Positions 61,289 through 64,000 of a DNA stretch of 64,000 bases are shown here, piece after piece. The translations under genes and the position numbers were made by a program. The number at the start of each line of letters is the position of its first letter. Positions within the stretch are counted from its first letter, which is position 1. The stretch is taken from assembly GCA_047495785.1 (NCBI GenBank), contig JBLDXI010000026.1:1422532-1486531 (forward strand), in the 5' to 3' direction. Origin of the DNA: Lepidodermella squamata. Its lineage: Eukaryota > Animalia > Gastrotricha. A model generated the notes under the pieces. The model was not told where the DNA came from. It ran no database searches and saw only the letters and a list, made by a program, of their open reading frames with translations.

Positions 61289-63983
61289 TTTGATCTTTTT
61301 TCTATCGATTAATGGTATCAGCCGGCAATCGATGGGGGTGATTAAATTATTTATAATTCAATTGTGGGCGCGTGAACGTATGTTTTACTTGCCCAAATAA
61401 ATATTATGCATGTACTGCGCGCGCGAAGTAATTTTTCACGTGTGAGCGGTAAATTACGCGCCCGACTTGGCTTTTTAATGATCATTTTCATTGCGTGCAT
61501 GCGCACGTGCTTTTCTTATAAAAACCGATTTTTTTTCTCCGTGCGAATAACCTTTCGCCATTAGGTAAGTTTACCTTTGCTTTTTTCGATATTTTCCCAC
61601 CTTTAGAAAATTTATTTGAATTTTTCATAAATTTATACCTATTCTACCTCTTGCTATGGGTCAATGGAGTTTTTTCTTTCAAACAAGTAATTGCGCGATT
61701 TGTATTGAAATGCAATTCAAGCTTATAATAACAGTCGTGTAATATAATGCTTGATATGCCTCGCCGTGTTTGAATAATATTATAATAAGTGCTAAGACAT
61801 ACGTGATACTTATATTAAGTAAACCTCAACACTTTTTTGGTTAGTCATACAAGGTATCTCATCGACTGCTTCTATATTATATGTAGTTTCTCCTCATCTC
61901 TTCAGTTTCTCGATTGTTTGTAGTAATAACACACAGGATCATAAAAAATGCAGAGCGCTATATAGTACTGCGGTTATTATAATTATTTCTGCGATAAATA
62001 ATATAATATATCTGTGCTGTTATACACATCAGTGACGGCATATGATAGGGAATTTACAACCAGCTGTGCTTGCCGGCGTGAAGGGCAAGCAAATCTATAG
62101 CATAGGTCTGCTGGTGCTGTGCAAGGCCAATTTTCATCGGCTAGCTACATTTTTTCGCCGGCTAAAAAATATAAAGCGATGATTTAGCTTCGTCTCCCCG
62201 TCTTTTGCTTTTTATCCCATTTTTCGACAACTTATTATAAATAGAAAAAGGCCTATTTAATTCATATCTGCGCCATTCATTCCCTTGTCGCTTGCTCAAA
62301 AGCGCAGCGAAAGGCCCGCATTTGTATGGGAAAAAAATTTCTCCGATGTTATAGGAAATTTTTTATTAGTTGAGCCTTAAATTTTCATCTGCTGTGACCT
62401 TTGACCTTTAGATTATTTTAGAAGATTTTATTAGACATGGAAATCGAAAAAGCAGATTTGTACAAATTTTACCACGCCGCCAAGACGAACAATGTCGACG
62501 AGGCGCGGGAGCTGCTCGACAAATTCGGCGACGAAATTCTCGAAAAAACATCGCCACATGGCCGTTCATAGCCGCGAAGTGTAACGCCGTTAAATTTCGC
62601 TGGCCGTCCTTCAAGTTGCCTTGCTGCTTGTTTTTCGCCTGTTTCAAGCACAACTCGGCGATTTGAAGGGCATTCTTAGCGGCGGCTAGGTGAATCGCCG
62701 CCATTTGGTACGTTTTCGGCGATGTTTTTTCGAGAATTTCGTCGCCGAATTTGTCGAGCAGCTCCCGCGCCTCGTCGACATTGTTCGTCTTGGCGGCGTG
62801 GTAAAATTTGTACAAATCTGCTTTTTCGATTTCCATGTCTAATAAAATCTTCTAAAATAATCTAAAGGTCAAAGGTCACAGCAGATGAAAATTTAAGGCT
62901 CAACTAATAAAAAATTTCCTATAACATCGGAGAAATTTTTTCCCATACAAATGCGGGCCTTTCGCTGCGCTTTTGAGCAAGCGACAAGGGAATGAATGGC
63001 GCAGATATGAATTAAATAGGCCTTTTTCTATTTATAATAAGTTGTCGAAAAATGGGATAAAAAGCAAAAGACGGGGAGACGAAGCTAAATCATCGCTTTA
63101 TATTTTTTAGCCGGCGAAAAAATGTAGCTAGCCGATGAAAATTGGCCTTGCACAGCACCAGCAGACCTATGCTATAGATTTGCTTGCCCTTCACGCCGGC
63201 AAGCACAGCTGGTTGTAAATTCCCTATCATATGCCGTCACTGATGTGTATAACAGCACAGATATATTATATTATTTATCGCAGAAATAATTATAATAACC
63301 GCAGTACTATATAGCGCTCTGCATTTTTTATGATCCTGTGTGTTATTACTACAAACAATCGAGAAACTGAAGAGATGAGGAGAAACTACATATAATATAG
63401 AAGCAGTCGATGAGATACCTTGTATGACTAACCAAAAAAGTGTTGAGGTTTACTTAATATAAGTATCACGTATGTCTTAGCACTTATTATAATATTATTC
63501 AAACACGGCGAGGCATATCAAGCATTATATTACACGACTGTTATTATAAGCTTGAATTGCATTTCAATACAAATCGCGCAATTACTTGTTTGAAAGAAAA
63601 AACTCCATTGACCCATAGCAAGAGGTAGAATAGGTATAAATTTATGAAAAATTCAAATAAATTTTCTAAAGGTGGGAAAATATCGAAAAAAGCAAAGGTA
63701 AACTTACCTAATGGCGAAAGGTTATTCGCACGGAGAAAAAAAATCGGTTTTTATAAGAAAAGCACGTGCGCATGCACGCAATGAAAATGATCATTAAAAA
63801 GCCAAGTCGGGCGCGTAATTTACCGCTCACACGTGAAAAATTACTTCGCGCGCGCAGTACATGCATAATATTTATTTGGGCAAGTAAAACATACGTTCAC
63901 GCGCCCACAATTGAATTATAAATAATTTAATCACCCCCATCGATTGCCGGCTGATACCATTAATCGATAGAAAAAAGATCAAA
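61289..63983. repeat. Near-perfect long inverted repeat (fold-back): arms 61289-62555 and 62718-63983, 162-nt spacer
   Basis: Arms are reverse complements. The only difference I found is one homopolymer length (A7 at ~62331 vs T6 at ~62936). Confidence 0.95.
62556..62836 (-). CDS. 5' fragment of an ankyrin-repeat protein gene; a shorter mirror copy starts on + at 62437
   Basis: Ankyrin motifs FYHAAKTNNVDEARELL, AAIHLAAAKNALQIAELCL, LTALHFAAMNGHV. Truncated at the fold-back junction. Confidence 0.8.
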
Positions 63984-64000
63984 ACTCTCACGAGATGTGT

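Noticed and set aside
62408-62555. C-terminal part of the 142-aa ORF 62408-62836
   Set aside because: It is the antisense read of the gene's own 5' end, created by the fold-back junction.
1-64000. Non-canonical splice sites or a reassigned genetic code explaining fragmented ORFs
   Set aside because: Every junction I reconstructed resolves with short GT-AG introns (CAG/TAG/AAG acceptors) and the standard code. No in-frame stops are needed.

Overview
Eukaryotic (animal) DNA from a compact, AT-rich invertebrate genome. Most introns are short (~50-60 nt) and canonical GT-AG, so the ORF track splits most genes into exon fragments; gene models below were stitched by hand. Left half, almost all minus strand: 5' half of a Cav1/Cav2-type calcium channel alpha1 gene (CR1-like LINE in intron 1), STX6, MED13, NTMT1, EEFSEC, CACYBP. 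These are packed co-directionally with spacers as short as 58 nt, which suggests a trans-spliced operon. Middle: MITEs, three SLC44 choline-transporter-like paralogs, a fasciclin-1-like gene and an orphan Cys-loop channel subunit. Right: a candidate neuropeptide precursor (C-terminal ...RILFM-G) next to four paralogous DHx-motif rhodopsin-class GPCRs with very large ECL2 loops, an alpha-L-fucosidase, and a 1.27-kb fold-back inversion through an ankyrin gene (probably an amplification/assembly chimera). Most notable: (1) the Cav channel has Lys instead of Glu at the domain II selectivity-filter position (TAKDW vs TGEDW), a candidate Na+/monovalent-permeable Cav; (2) an orphan peptide precursor beside an orphan GPCR cluster; (3) operon-like spacing with an unpaired splice acceptor. 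The species cannot be identified from sequence alone.
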